Of a stretch of DNA of 64,000 nt, positions 51,284-64,000 are shown one piece after another. Within the stretch, counting starts at the first letter, position 1. Each line of letters opens with the position of its first letter. The translations under genes and the position numbers were made by a program. Origin of the DNA: Lingula anatina (lineage: Eukaryota > Animalia > Brachiopoda); the NCBI GenBank assembly GCA_051362555.1, contig CM120640.1:27676503-27740502 (forward strand). Reading direction: 5' to 3'. The notes under the pieces are model-generated. The model had not been told where the DNA came from and did no database searches. It was given only the letters and a program-made list of their open reading frames with translations.

Positions 51284-53683
51284 CCTGACGGGAGGAAGGG
51301 CTTTCACTCGTGGCGAATCTGAAAATCATAATGATAAGGCAAGGTTGAAACATTTTTTATTTTAATTCTTAGACGTCCATATGATTCAGACCTGGCTTTG
51401 GTCAGAGTCATAAGCAGTTTGCAGAATAAATCATAAGGATATATTTCAGCTCTCCATATAGTGTTTATACTGCTTACACATTTTATACTCACTTTAGACT
51501 GACATAAAAAGGAAACTTAAATGTTTGCGTTTTGACAGCTGTTGCAGTCCCAATCGCACTGAATAAGAATGCTGAAACTTAATATGACAATTTAGTTTAA
51601 TCCCTCTTTTCGCCAAACCTTTTTGTTTTGCTTCTTGCTGGACTAGCCCTGGTCCAGCCATCCTCCTGCCTGGCTAACACCAAGTGGACATACAGTGTGC
51701 GTGTACTTTCTGTATATGCTTCTTCTTACCAACAATTTGTTTTTGGCAGGTGTAGTGCATACATGATGCACTGACCTCATAAACAACGGTGACACGGAAT
51801 AACTTACCCGGTTTGTACTGTTGATGAGAGCCATTTAGTTGTGTGGCTTAAGTAAACCGCGTTGTGCATCTCTAACCCCTAAAACTATAAGTATCCAAGA
51901 CCAAATTTACACAAGACACAGTAAATTGATATCTATCAAAACCAAAGTCAAACATAACCTCTCTAACCGAAAAAACAAGGGACTGAAAATTAAAGTAAAT
52001 TGTCAACACTTACCCCATTATGTCCATTCTTTCTTCCTGCGCCCAGGTCGCTGTAATGAAAACTACACCGGGGCTCGCTTGATGCAGTTCTTTTTCGTTC
52101 TTCTGGCTAGGAGTATTGTCTTTCTTTCAATTTCAATAGTTCTTCACGGTTATTCGGGTTTCCCGCTCGATACCTTTCAAGACAACACGTCCACCGTTAA
52201 ACGCGTATTATTACGATGGCGCTTTGAGTTAGACTGAATAAATACTGGCATTTAAAGCGTTTGTGAGTAAGCAGTTTTGTTGTTTTTAGAAAAATAAAAT
52301 TCGACTGTAGAAGCGACGCAAAGCGCATTCATAGTTCACTTGAACTTTTTTGGTGCATGAATTATGAGACCTGCGTTACCTTGCCCAAGGTGTATTACAC
52401 AATGTGCGAGTTTGGTTCAAAAGACCGTGAACATACCTGGTTGTCTTCATTTTATTATACGCATTCACAAAATCATTACATAATTGCAATCTGCTGAATA
52501 CCGTAATTTGTGAAGTACCTGACAATAAGATTAATGAAATTGTGGGTAGTTAGTATCAATGGCCACGTCACCAATTGGTTGTAAGAGCCGAGCTGACCAT
52601 CCAGAATGCCATCACAACAGTAAATAAATATATTAATACAGCCCATAAACTCCAGTCTCCATCTCCCCTTTTTTTACCCGTTGTATTGGGTAAAATGGAA
52701 GAAAATTTTAAGTTTAAAATATATTATTAACAATTAAATGAAATAAAGATGTATAAGCCATTGTAAAAACAATACACAAAAACAATTTAATCAATTGTAT
52801 GCATTTTTTTTATATTTTGCATCTGTTTATTACCAATACAATGAAGCACCTCTACCTAGAAGTGTACACAGTATAACATACTTGTCAATTCAATACCAAA
52901 ATTTTAATAAACAGGAGAATATGGGCATTATCTTTCCATGTGCACTCATTATTTTAAAACAAAGCTGAAAATTAAGTTTTCTTCATATCAAACTCCACTA
53001 GGAAAAAATACTTTCCCAAATAGCAATATAGACAGAGATAAGGTTAATCGTAATGCTTTCTTAATATCACCTTACGTATGTTATTATTATTATTGCACCA
53101 TACTGTTCTCATCATTAGCTCAGAGATCATAAATTTCATGAATATGGACATCTTAAAACAGCTTCTGAAAAGAATATATAGATTTTTAGGGCCATGATAT
53201 ATTACTCTTTATACCCACACAATCATGATTTAAACCTATCTACACAGCAATCCATTTGTTTCAGTTAGCGGGAACTAGTAAGAAATATTAGTTCACTGAT
53301 GTCCAGAACATACAGAAGTATCATAATGGCATTTCACATATATCACTGTAAATTGCACTCTGAAAAATACGCAGTATAAGCATTAAATCAATACACTTTA
53401 TATCTGTCACCAGTACATACCAGCACCAAACGTAGACGATTATCTTAACGTTTAATATGAATAATAAATACAAAGGCACCATTATGAAAATAAACAATAC
53501 ATTTCAGTTACATAAATATCATTTGTATCATTTGCTGGCCTGCTTTGGCATCAGAGCCATATTCAAACATACTGTTTAAATTTGTTCAGTCATGGTGTTT
53601 TGTGAAAAAAGGCATACATCTAACAGGTTTTCAACATGATAATTATGTCATTTCAGGATTTATTAATAATTGTGATACCCCCT

Positions 53684-54085
53684 CTGGGGTAGCGCTAACA
53701 CTCGCCAATTTAGCCAAATGCTAAAACTGACTTAGGGTGCTTTCCCAGAGATTTAGATCGATCAAAAGATTAAGTTTTAGATCGACCTAACTCCCTGGGG
53801 GTTCACGCTAAATTGCAGTCAGCCGAGCGGGCACCATAGTTAATTACCCCCTTACAGCTTTTAGTAGGCGGGACAGACGCTTAAGCCGGCCAAGCTGACA
53901 GTAATCTAGTGAAACTCCCCACAGGGATAGATCGATCTAAAAATCTATGGAAATGGGGTGTTAAATTGGCTACACAAAATAGGGTTGGTTTGATTTGTTT
54001 TAGTCAAATTTAAAGCATATAGAGGAAAAAGTGATGAAAAAATAGTGATTTGGCGTAGTGAAAAAATTTGCTAGTGCTACCCCAG
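53684..54085. mobile_element. Nested MITEs downstream of the ARHGAP1 stop
   Basis: Outer TIRs ctggggtagcgctaaca / tgctagtgctaccccag with candidate CCCCT duplication; inner 53735-53960 element flanked by TTA, homologous to 8303-8520. Confidence 0.7.
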
Positions 54086-54705
54086 CCCCTACATATCTCC
54101 CTACAAAAACATGCAAAACAGGTTAGCACAGACACTTGTCATTTTTAGCAGTATTGAAACTTTTGTGGAAAAGCAGCCATACAAAACTGCATAGATAAAC
54201 TGTGGACCCACACCTATCAATTCTTAATATGTACACTTTATAGGAACAACCAACAGGTAGTTTAAAATATTAAAACATCTCATAAGGAGCAAAATCTGTT
54301 GAATGGGGCCCTACATATGGATGTTATTTCGCATAAACACCCCTCTGAATAATTTTAAAACGGTTCAAAACCAATCAATGCAGTTCCAATTGTTCTCTCA
54401 TTATAACAGATATAACATTCTCACACAAACACACTTCTCAAATGTTTCAAGAGATGTTGTAAATTTTTAGACACTCAGCTTAGTTTTTTGTCCAGTCTTA
54501 TGAAGAAACCCATCATCACAAAATAAAACCATGTTCTTTGTGGTGTAACACTTTCTCTGCTTGCTTATGCCAGTTTCCTAAAAGTGGAATGTTTCCAATA
54601 CAACTCCATCATTCTGTGCAGCAATTCAAACTGGATCCTATTTACAGCTGAAAGTCTCCACAAAAGCAAAAAAAAAAAAACTTCACTCAATGCTTCATAA
54701 TCACA

Positions 54706-57700
54706 TCATTTTGTAAACAGTTCTTCAAAATGGTCTATCAACAGTTTAGTGAAGGAGTTGATCTGTGTCAGGCTGGCAATAGAGGCTTGGTTCCGAGACC
54801 AGATCAAGTTAGGACCGAATACAATAGCTAGGTTCAATGCTGTCATCATGTTCAGATCTGCTTTGGCTGCCACCTGAAGAACGATAGATAAGATTCTATC
54901 TTTTACATGAGCATTAAACTGTGAGAGCGTTGCAGCTAAAAATAAAGATCTTACAGAAATATTTGTTAACTAGAGGATCAGAGAGGCGATACCGCCTCCA
55001 AATATTGTACCACCAGCTGGAGCAAGCGCATTCGTATAGACCCCCACATACACAAAATAAGGGACACAGCCACCAGTTTTGTGCTTGACAAGCTGTAAAA
55101 ATGCAATCAACAAGAATTTTTAAACTATTGCAAAAAATATATATGGTACAATCAAATTTAAGTTCTTCGTAAGGTAGGTCAAGGGTCAATTTCAAGGTCA
55201 CAGTAAATTGCCAGTATATGACTTCCTATTCAAGTTCAAGAGTAACTATGGACCTATCTCTGTCAAGTTTGAAGTTAAAAGAGAAAGAAATTAGCAGAGT
55301 TCAGTTCATGATAATAAGTAGGTCAAAGGTCATTTTCAAGGTCACACTTAGATTGCCAGTATAGGACTTCCTATTCAACTTCAATAGTAACTATGGACCT
55401 ATCTCAGCCAGTTTTGGAGATAAAAGGGAAGCAAAATTTGCAAAGTTCAGTTTATGGTGAAAAGTAGGACAAAGGTCAATTTTAATGTCACATTTATATT
55501 GCCAGTATATGACTTCCTATTCAAGTTCAATAGTAACTACGGACCTATCTCAGCCAGTTTTGGAGATAAAAGGAAAGCAAAATTTGCAAAATTCAGTTCA
55601 TGGTGTAAAGTAGATCAAAGGTCAATTTTAAGGTCACATTTAGATTGCCAGTATATGACTTCCTATTCAAGTTCAATAGTAACTATGGACCTATCTCAGC
55701 CAGTTTTGGAGATAAAAGGGAAGCAAAATTTGCAAAATTCAGTTCATGGTGAAAAGTAGGTCAAAGGTCAATTTTAAGGTCACATTTAGATTGCCAGTAT
55801 ATGACTTCCTTTTCAAGTTCAATAGTAACTATGGACCTATCTCTGCCAGTTTTGGAGATAAAAGGGAAGCAAATTTTGCAAAGTTCAGTTTATGGTGAAA
55901 AGTAGGTCAAAGGTCAATTTTAAGGTCACATTTAGATTGCCAGTATATGACTTCCTATTCAAGTTCAATAGTAACTACGGACCTATCTCTGCCAGTTTTG
56001 GAGATAAAAGGAAAGCAAAATTTGCAAAATTCAGTTCATGGTGAAAAAGTAGGTCAAAGGTCAATTTTAATGTCACATATAGATTGCCAGTATATGACTT
56101 CCTATTCAAGTTCAATAGTAACTACGGACCTATCTCTGCCAGTTTTGGAGATAAAAGGAAAGCAAAATTTGCAAAATTCAGTTCATGGTGTAAAGTAGGT
56201 CAAAGGTCAATTTTAAGGTCACATTTAGATTGCCAGTATATGACTTCCTATTCAACTTCAATAGTAACTATGGACCTATCTCTGCCAGTTTTGGAGATAA
56301 AAGGGAAGAAAAATTTGCAAAGTTCAGTTCATGGTGAAAAGTAGGTCAAAGGTCAATTTTAAGGTCACATTTAGATTGCCAGTATATGACTTCCTATTCA
56401 AGTTCAATAGTAACTACGGACCTATCTCTGCCAGTTTTGGAGATATAAGGGACTAGATGTTATAATTTTGGAGTTACCATAATGTGCCTTAAATTTCGTA
56501 CAGAAAAAATTAATTAAAATAAAGAAAATGTCATTTTGGTCAAAATTCTTGAAATAGGAGGTGCTCTGAAGTTTCAGAAGTTCAAATTTGATGAAATAAT
56601 GTCATTTTTGAACACAAGTTGTCTGCTTTGCCAAGCCTTATGTTTTATTTTTCCAGAGTTCAAAATTTATTATCCATTACCGTACTGCACATTTTGCTTT
56701 TACCACCAATATGTACTTTTTGATAGAGCTTAACTCGAAAACCGTATGGAATACAAAAAAACCGAGACCACCTCCAGTGTTAAGCTTTACATGCTCTACA
56801 AAATGCAAAAAAGAATGGGTCTCTAGCATTAACGGTTCCCGAATTAGAGACAGTTTTCAGTTTCGGTATCTTATGGCCGCTACTCCCGTGAAAATGCACC
56901 GATTGACCCCAAATTCATGGAGATGAAAGATGACCTGAAGGGTAACACTTTCCAATAATATTATTGGTTAAGTCTGTGTGGTGTCTGAATAACAGGGCAA
57001 AAAAAATTTTTTTCGTAAAAAATTCCATTTTTTTTTAAATTTTGGCCCATTTGACCTTGAAGTAGAGGTCAAAGGTCAAATCCAAGGGTATATTTGAAAT
57101 CTACACATATGACTTTTGGAAAGCCGTCTATAGAAATTTTTCCCATAACTCCTTCCGTAGGGTAGATAATTAGCATTTAATTTTGCCATTTTTAGACAAG
57201 GGTGCATTGCAATGAGTGCCACACCCAGACCCCAATACCGACAAAGCCCAAATTTTACGTGGAACGAGTTGAGATTATAGGTGACCTAAATCCATGAGAT
57301 GGGTACGGGGGCCCTTACCGTCTAGGAGGAGAAGCGGTAACGGTAGCCGTCCGGCGGAGCCGGCGGAGCCGGCGGAACGATCCGGACGGGACCGAAACCA
57401 TGTGTACTGCCAGCGCTAACGCTGGTGGTACAATGATAAAGATCTTACAGAAATATATATTAAAACATTGGTAAAACAATATTTTAACATATCATACTTT
57501 CTTACAGAAAGATGCTTATATGATAAAACGATTGTTCTGTATTTCATGTATAACCATTTGCTATCTTTCCTAGTTAAAATAAGCAGCACATACCCATGTT
57601 ATAAACTCTAAAATGTACTTTAGTACAAAATAATTCTCCTCTGGCAGCTCTGTCAATAGTAACTTCTGGGCTTCAACTATCTGAGCATCCTTGTTCAAGG

Positions 57701-60700
57701 CTGTTTAAAATACCAACATGAAAAACACTTTCAAACAAGGAAATCCTACTTTCTATCAGTATGTTACAGAAAATTTCTGAATACTAAAGAAATGTTAAAT
57801 CAGTTGAATATCCATCAATAATTTGAAAATAAGTTTACTTGAGCAGAGTAATTTAAATTTAACAATGTAGGTGTCATTTATTTAAAATATTTTCAGAAGA
57901 AAAAGACTTATTGAAATTCTACATGGAATAATTAAAAATTATATAAACCATAATCATGTCTTTTTTTTATAACAAGTTCCCCCCCAACACTGTGATCAGA
58001 CTCACCATGTAAGTTCATGAGTTTTGGATAAAGTTCAAAGGTCATAATTGGTTCTGGGAGTTCTCTGAGGAATGACTTCAGCAGCACTGCAGGAATATTG
58101 ATGTCATATTCTGCAAAGTCTATTTCTTGGCCTGCAAAGACAATATTAATTGAACAAGTGGAATTAAAGTTATTAATTTAGAATATTTTGCTTTTATGTG
58201 ACTTCACTTTCAACAGGTTATAATAGTTTTTTAATACTGAATTGCCCAAAGTATTTTCTGTTTTATAATTTACTGTTCATGAAATAAAATAAACTTCTTC
58301 TACAATGGTCCTTACCTTCATTGAATTTTTGCTGCATTTCTTTGATTAAGTGTGCATTAGCAGATCTTCTAAATATCCCTTCCACCTCAAGACCTAAAAT
58401 GAAATGATGGCAGACAGATGTCACTATTATCTCACTATATGCACACATCATATATCAAGAAAAAAACATGTAGATATCATAAGAAATATGCTAACAGAAA
58501 ATTGATAAAGTATCTGCCTTGATAAGGGGAACTTAACCCCCCCCCCCCCCCCCCCACACACACACATACACACCCCTCTGCCTTACTTTTACTTGTCTTA
58601 CTATTTGTGTTACGCTCTCTTACCATGTTCTTTTAAAAACTCCACACACTGTTTCACTACAGGGGGAATGACCTCTCCTCCATGTTGCTCTTTGATACTT
58701 AAATAAAAAGAAAAATTAGCAATATAACAGCCTGTTCTACATGAATACACACTTATATTGAATATCAAATTATTTTCATATGTATGGGTGTTTAAATATA
58801 CATTTAATATACATGCCTTCTTGCCATTGATTTTAGACATAAAACATGATGCATGTCAAAAATATAATACTATAATCCAATGTTACTTACAATTTTAAAG
58901 TCACTCCAAACTGCTGAGTGTCTAAGGCTGGTTTGTCCTGGCTGGCTGTCCTGGCAGGGCGGGGCTGGTGCTTCTCTATCAGTTGTGCATCATGCCTACA
59001 ACAGGCAACACATATAATATATATTATATAATATAAAATACTGCATTTAATCCCATTACATGTGTGCCTGCAAATCTACAAGTGTCACATTCCCATATGT
59101 GTGTGCTTAGTAGTGTTGTTGTTGAACTGTTTACAGTCAAAAGCCTTGCTTGCTTTTTATAAAGGAATTTCAACTGAATATGATTAACTTCATATACCTT
59201 GGACTTTTTGAATTTTTCACTTGATGAAATAAAAAACAAACTGCACAAGCAATTCAGAATACACAACTTACTCTCGTACTCTCTCTGGAATGTTTATTTG
59301 GTCAATGTGGATATACTTTCTGAGTTCATGGAGATAGTTCACATACATTATCTTTTTGCCAAACTTGGCACTGAAAAAGAAAAGGAATTCACATCCGCTT
59401 TTCTTTGATGATAATAAGCCAAAAGCTTTGTCTCAGTTACCAGTATACCTACTAGAACAGACTTCTTAGAATCTTTTTATTATATATTTTAAGAGTATAC
59501 TAAGTTTACAGTTTTTTTCAATCTTTACTATTGCAAATTTGGAAGAAAGAAAATCTTAGAACTGTGAATCATGCACCCTATAAATACTTACCTAATTATT
59601 GGTCTAAATAGTAATAAAATTATCTTAATAAAGTTTGTGGGATGAACCAAATACAGATTCTTCAAGTTCTTCTTGTATCTAAAATTAGATAAAGCATTTC
59701 ATCCTTGAATGAATTATAAAACGGATTTACCTAAAGATAAACATTTACTTTACAGGATCAATGCCTACCTTTTTTTTATCATCCAAACACATTACTTCAA
59801 AATATTTCTAAAACATAAATACACTCATAATAATTGCACATATATCTTTTGTTCAGTTTAAAAGATGCAATGAATACAAATAAAAAACCCAAAAGATAAA
59901 TCCTCACTTTCTGTCAAACTCTCTGTAAGCTTCCTTCAGCCATTTAAAGCTGGGTTTGTTCTGACTGTTCAGTCCATAGTGGAAGTACACAATGATGTAG
60001 TCATTCTCAACATACTGGTCCAGTGTATGCTTCAGGTACCTAGAAATTATTAAAAGAGGAACATTCAAATAAAATGGGTCTGAATACCTCTGTCATGAAT
60101 CATATCACAGAGAAATATTGAGATCTGAAAAGTTTAAATTCCAATTACCACAGCCTACCACTTTTCAAGAGATTTTTTTTATCGTATCTAAATATGCTAC
60201 TGTCAAGATTATATAGAATCAGATCAAATACTTAGATTGAGGTAAGTATAGGTGTATAAGCTTTGTTTTCTTGTAACTACCAGTACAATTTGACCACTAT
60301 ATTTGAACAAAACAAACCAGATGAGGCAAAATAATATTTAGCTGATATGATATAGTCTTAGTCTCTGAACCTTTAGGAATTAATTAATCAAATTAATCTC
60401 ATTTTTCCATATTTTTGGCAGCGGTTCATGCAGCAGATTGCATTTTAAGATTCAGATAATACCGACTTGTGTATTGTTTTCAATTTTCAGTTATATATTA
60501 CTGAACACCATGTCTTCAGACCCATTAGAACTGCATTCTGATGATCCAACAGACAAACTTACTGCAGCAATCTCTCATGATTGAAGTCTTTACTCGGAGG
60601 CAGCCTACAGGCCGAGAAGACAATCACTTTCCTGCCATAGCGGTCATCACCTGAAGACAGAAAACAAATCACATGTACTTTATTTACCACACGGCAATGA

Positions 60701-62971
60701 CTTAATATAAAAGAGATTCAGCAATAAAACAGGCAAAACTAAGTTGTAAATTGTCATTATCACATCTGTACTTATGGAAGTACTTACTTGTGTATGATGT
60801 AAAAACAATAGTAACGTGTATTTTGTACAGGTGTATCACACAGATAATATAAAAAGCTTTTTTATGTGCAGGATAAGAGAGTAGGCATGAACTACATGCT
60901 AACAACAACTATAAGATGTTGAGGAGTTGAAATTTAATGGTTAATCACAGGGTAAAATTTCATGTAGAGAGATTACAGTTTGTTGACGTTTTTATTAACC
61001 AAAGTCAAACAGAACTTAAATGAAAATCAGAATTGTTGACAAATGATTAATTTCTACAAACAATTCAGTACTTTTACTAAAAAGTGAAAACCCTAAAAGC
61101 CATTTAAGAGCTAGTGTTATACATGTAACAGAAAAAATTCAACTAAAAAGATAGTATATACCTAAACATCCATCGGCTTAAAACCCCTCTAGACACTGCC
61201 ACAAATTAAAATTACTACAAAATACTACGGTGTGTAAAAGGTGTGTAAAAAGCACAGTAGTCACTATAACTAACAAACATGCTGTTGGTCAGCCCATTGA
61301 TTGAAAGTTGTAAGATGTGGGTGCAGTTTATGTCCAAGCCATATGACAGCAGCAGAGTTCACATTAGCAGGTCCGAGATAAGCCAAGACAGGTGCAGGGA
61401 AAAGACAGACTACTCACTACCTGCAATCTCCACTATTCTGTGCTGTGCAACATCGTAAAATGGCATGTCTTCTTCTCTCACCTGTAACGATTAAAAGGAG
61501 TCTTCAGTAATGTGTCACAATTCTTTTGTATGTTTTATGGATAAATCTTTGAAAACACTTCACAAAGAAATGGTTTGTATTTACATGAACCAAACAATAT
61601 ATAAATTGTTTATCACTTTCTGTAAAAACAATGTCTTGTATGTGCTAAATAAGAACATGAACCGCCCACCCTCATGGCATAATATAACATGATATGAAAC
61701 AGATGGATGCTACCAGATAGCAGGAAATACCACCTTACACAAATTGGCTATATCCTATAAACAAAACAACTCTTTTTATACTCAAAACAGTTTGCCAGAT
61801 ATATGCCATCTGAAGTTGAGGGATAATCACATACACATACATGTATACATACACTCAGTAGTAACTTCTGATTTATCATAAATAATAATAATAATAATAA
61901 TATTTCACTTATACAGTTCAAGTGAAATGAGCAAAAAGTATGATGGGTTACAAAATGTTTTTTGTGATGGGCTTCAATACCTAACAAAAACCCTGAAGAT
62001 AATTGAGGCCCCATCTTCACCAACCCTGTATAATTAACTCAGTTAAGCTAGTTTGATATGAGATAATATATTGTGTATATAATTACAACAAGATCATGGC
62101 AGGTAGCTGTCAAGCTATGGCACACTGAAATTAGTTTATGTAAAAATAGCTGCAAGTTCTGAGAAAATCCTGTCGCAGGAATTCCTACAAAAACTTTGCC
62201 TCAAAACATGTCAAGTGATATATCTAGATGGCATTTGTATCTAGTATGTGCAGATTTAAGTGTCCAGCATCCTGTATACAAGAGTACATTTCCCTACATT
62301 TGTTAGCGATACAGACCCATCATGTATTCAAGTTATCAATTCCGGCCAGCACTTCCCATATCCTGTGTCCATAATTGCTTCATTTATCAGTGTATAATAC
62401 AAACATTAGACGGTGATATATGTTAATGAGGAAGTGAGTTGCATTGCAAACTCAGGGCTTGCACTCACAGTTTCGTCTCTTTTATAACCTGAACACAGAT
62501 CTTAAGTTCCCAACAAATTCTCAGAAACTCAGGGCAGTCATTGGTATACCTATAGGCTGAGTGAGTTGTTCAGTAAATTTATTCATTTACTTAATTTGTG
62601 ATGTGTTTTTGAAAATAAAAATAAAATAAAATATCATCTCTCCAAAGCAGCTTGTAAAGGTATGTCGAAATGCTACAACTAAACCTAATAGAAAATTAAA
62701 GAAAAATTGAGAGGAAAACTGTGGGTTGTAGGGGAGGTAGGAATAGAGGAAGAGAGCGTTTCCAATATGACAAATGTTCCAATCTTTATACTGTTATCTA
62801 CATCTTAGGCAATGTAATATTTCCTTTAATATCAGTGGATTATTGTGTTTATTGGTCTTCTCACCTCCTCCTGCATCCCAAGTTCCTTTTCAAAGTCATC
62901 ATCCAGGAGACCATCTGGGGTCATGGCCCCACTGCGCAGCACCGAGTTGGGATCATCCGGATTGGGAAGTT
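54706..62971 (-). CDS. ARHGAP1: Rho GTPase-activating protein 1-like (BCH/CRAL-TRIO plus RhoGAP); start codon exon not located, probably beyond the right edge
   Basis: Exons 62865-62971, 61421-61481, 60563-60650 ([18 protein letters not shown]), 59908-60039 ([14 protein letters not shown]...FDRK), 59592-59678 ([14 protein letters not shown]), 59272-59370, 58891-58995 (QQFGVTL), 58624-58697, 58316-58393 (EGIFRRSAN arginine finger), 58006-58131 ([11 protein letters not shown]), 57594-57700, 54706-54873 ([16 protein letters not shown]). Confidence 0.93.
54968..57434 (-). mobile_element. Complete non-autonomous Helentron-type element (HINE/DINE-1-like)
   Basis: On the minus strand: 5' subTIR (57421-57434) within a hairpin, short repeat (ccggcggag)x3 at 57351-57376, central tandem array, 14-bp 3' subTIR attgtaccaccagc (55004-55017), stem-loop gaggcg-atac-cgcctc (54983-54998), CTAGTT end. 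Confidence 0.85.
55172..56450. repeat. 146-bp tandem array, ~8.8 copies
   Basis: attgccagtat recurs at 55207, 55352, 55498, 55644, 55790, 55936, 56083, 56229 and 56375. Confidence 0.95.
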
Positions 62972-63913
62972 CTAAAAGAGCAGATAACAAATCTTATTAT
63001 ACAGAAAGCAATTCAAGTATAACCCATTATACTTATCTAATTAAAAAAGATGCTACACTGCGGGCTGTTCTTAAACAAGTGGCAAAGAACATGTTCACGG
63101 CAAAGATGTAAGATTAATAACACTGCAATCTGCCTGAAACCATCTGCTGAATATGATCACTTTGCTATGGGACCGTTCATAGTGAATTATGACGACCTAA
63201 CAAATGTGCACAAAGTCCAAGAGGACTCTTGCTGAATGTAATCAGCTTAACAGACTAACATTCATCGTCCTGCCCTTCAGTTCCTGAAGTAGAATATATA
63301 GAAAAACTGATGATTTCACAAGTATGTTGGAAATGAGAGGAGGCCTTTGTTAGGTCCACAAATTTCATTGTGAACCATTCCTATGACTTGCCAAAGCTGA
63401 CATAAAAGTACCTTACTTAAAAATATTACATATAGTGCTTACATTAGGAAAAAAGGATAGTTAAGGTAATTTTTTGTACTGGAATGAGGCAAACTAATTA
63501 TTCTTTAGGAATTATTTTGAAATACGTCTCTCAAGTGAGATTAACAGACGTTTAACATTTAAAACCAACAATGACACACACATGCAGACAAACACATAAA
63601 AACTATAACCACAAGCTTACATCAATATGTAAACCAACATGACATTCTATACACACACCTCCTACAGCAAGTTGACAAAAGAGATTGTAATGCACTATTC
63701 ACCTGCTCAAGATGATTTAGCCAGTCAGGTTTAAATATACATGTGAGGAGTGAAGGACATACACTGTAGGCGTGTCTTATTTCACCTGTAGGATCTCTTT
63801 CTTGAGGAGAAAGAGATTTTATCCATTTGTTTATAAAGTTTTCTTCTAGAGTATGTTTTATGTGTGTTGAATGCATATTCATCCAAAGTGTTATCATTGG
63901 TTACATATGCCAA

Positions 63914-63952
63914 CACACACACACACACACGCACACACACACACACACACAC
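63914..63952. repeat. (CA)n microsatellite
   Basis: acacacac...gcacacac run. Confidence 0.9.
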
Positions 63953-64000
63953 CCCTCCTCAAAATGTGCTTGCATGTGCATACGCACACGAGTGCATGCA

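Larger units (their letters stand above)
35251..51289. repeat. Tandem segmental duplication, unit 2 (includes a 3.7 kb transposon insertion)
   Basis: Starts at acccatttttacatac (=22953) and ends at ggtcatcctgac (=35252). Confidence 0.95.

Noticed and set aside
55172-56450. Regular repeat array as a CRISPR locus or as coding ORFs ([10 protein letters not shown]..., [10 protein letters not shown]...)
   Set aside because: Head-to-tail units with no unique spacers, no cas genes and a eukaryotic intron context; the ORFs are by-products of the repeat.

Overview
AT-rich, intron-rich eukaryotic genomic DNA, most consistent with a marine invertebrate (lophotrochozoan/mollusc-like; inferred from gene content and repeat types). 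Left to right: 5' part of an outer-arm axonemal dynein heavy chain (DNAH5/8-like, minus), a secreted VWA-(TSP1)x7-VWA matrix protein (plus), CMSS1 (minus), then a ~12.3 kb tandem duplication (22953-35252 / 35251-51289, 2-bp 'AC' junction). The duplication yields two intact CYP1-like P450s, a 3'-truncated CMSS1 placed upstream of a promoter-less copy of an orphan gene, and a second orphan copy whose C-terminus is rewritten by a 3.7 kb Academ-like long-TIR transposon carrying a Tc1 fossil. The window ends with the 3' part of ARHGAP1 (minus), whose last intron holds a complete Helentron-type (HINE/DINE-1-like) element with a 146-bp tandem array of AGGTCA DR1 motifs. Several MITEs are copy-specific. 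Exon boundaries and difference counts were read by eye and may be off by a few bases.
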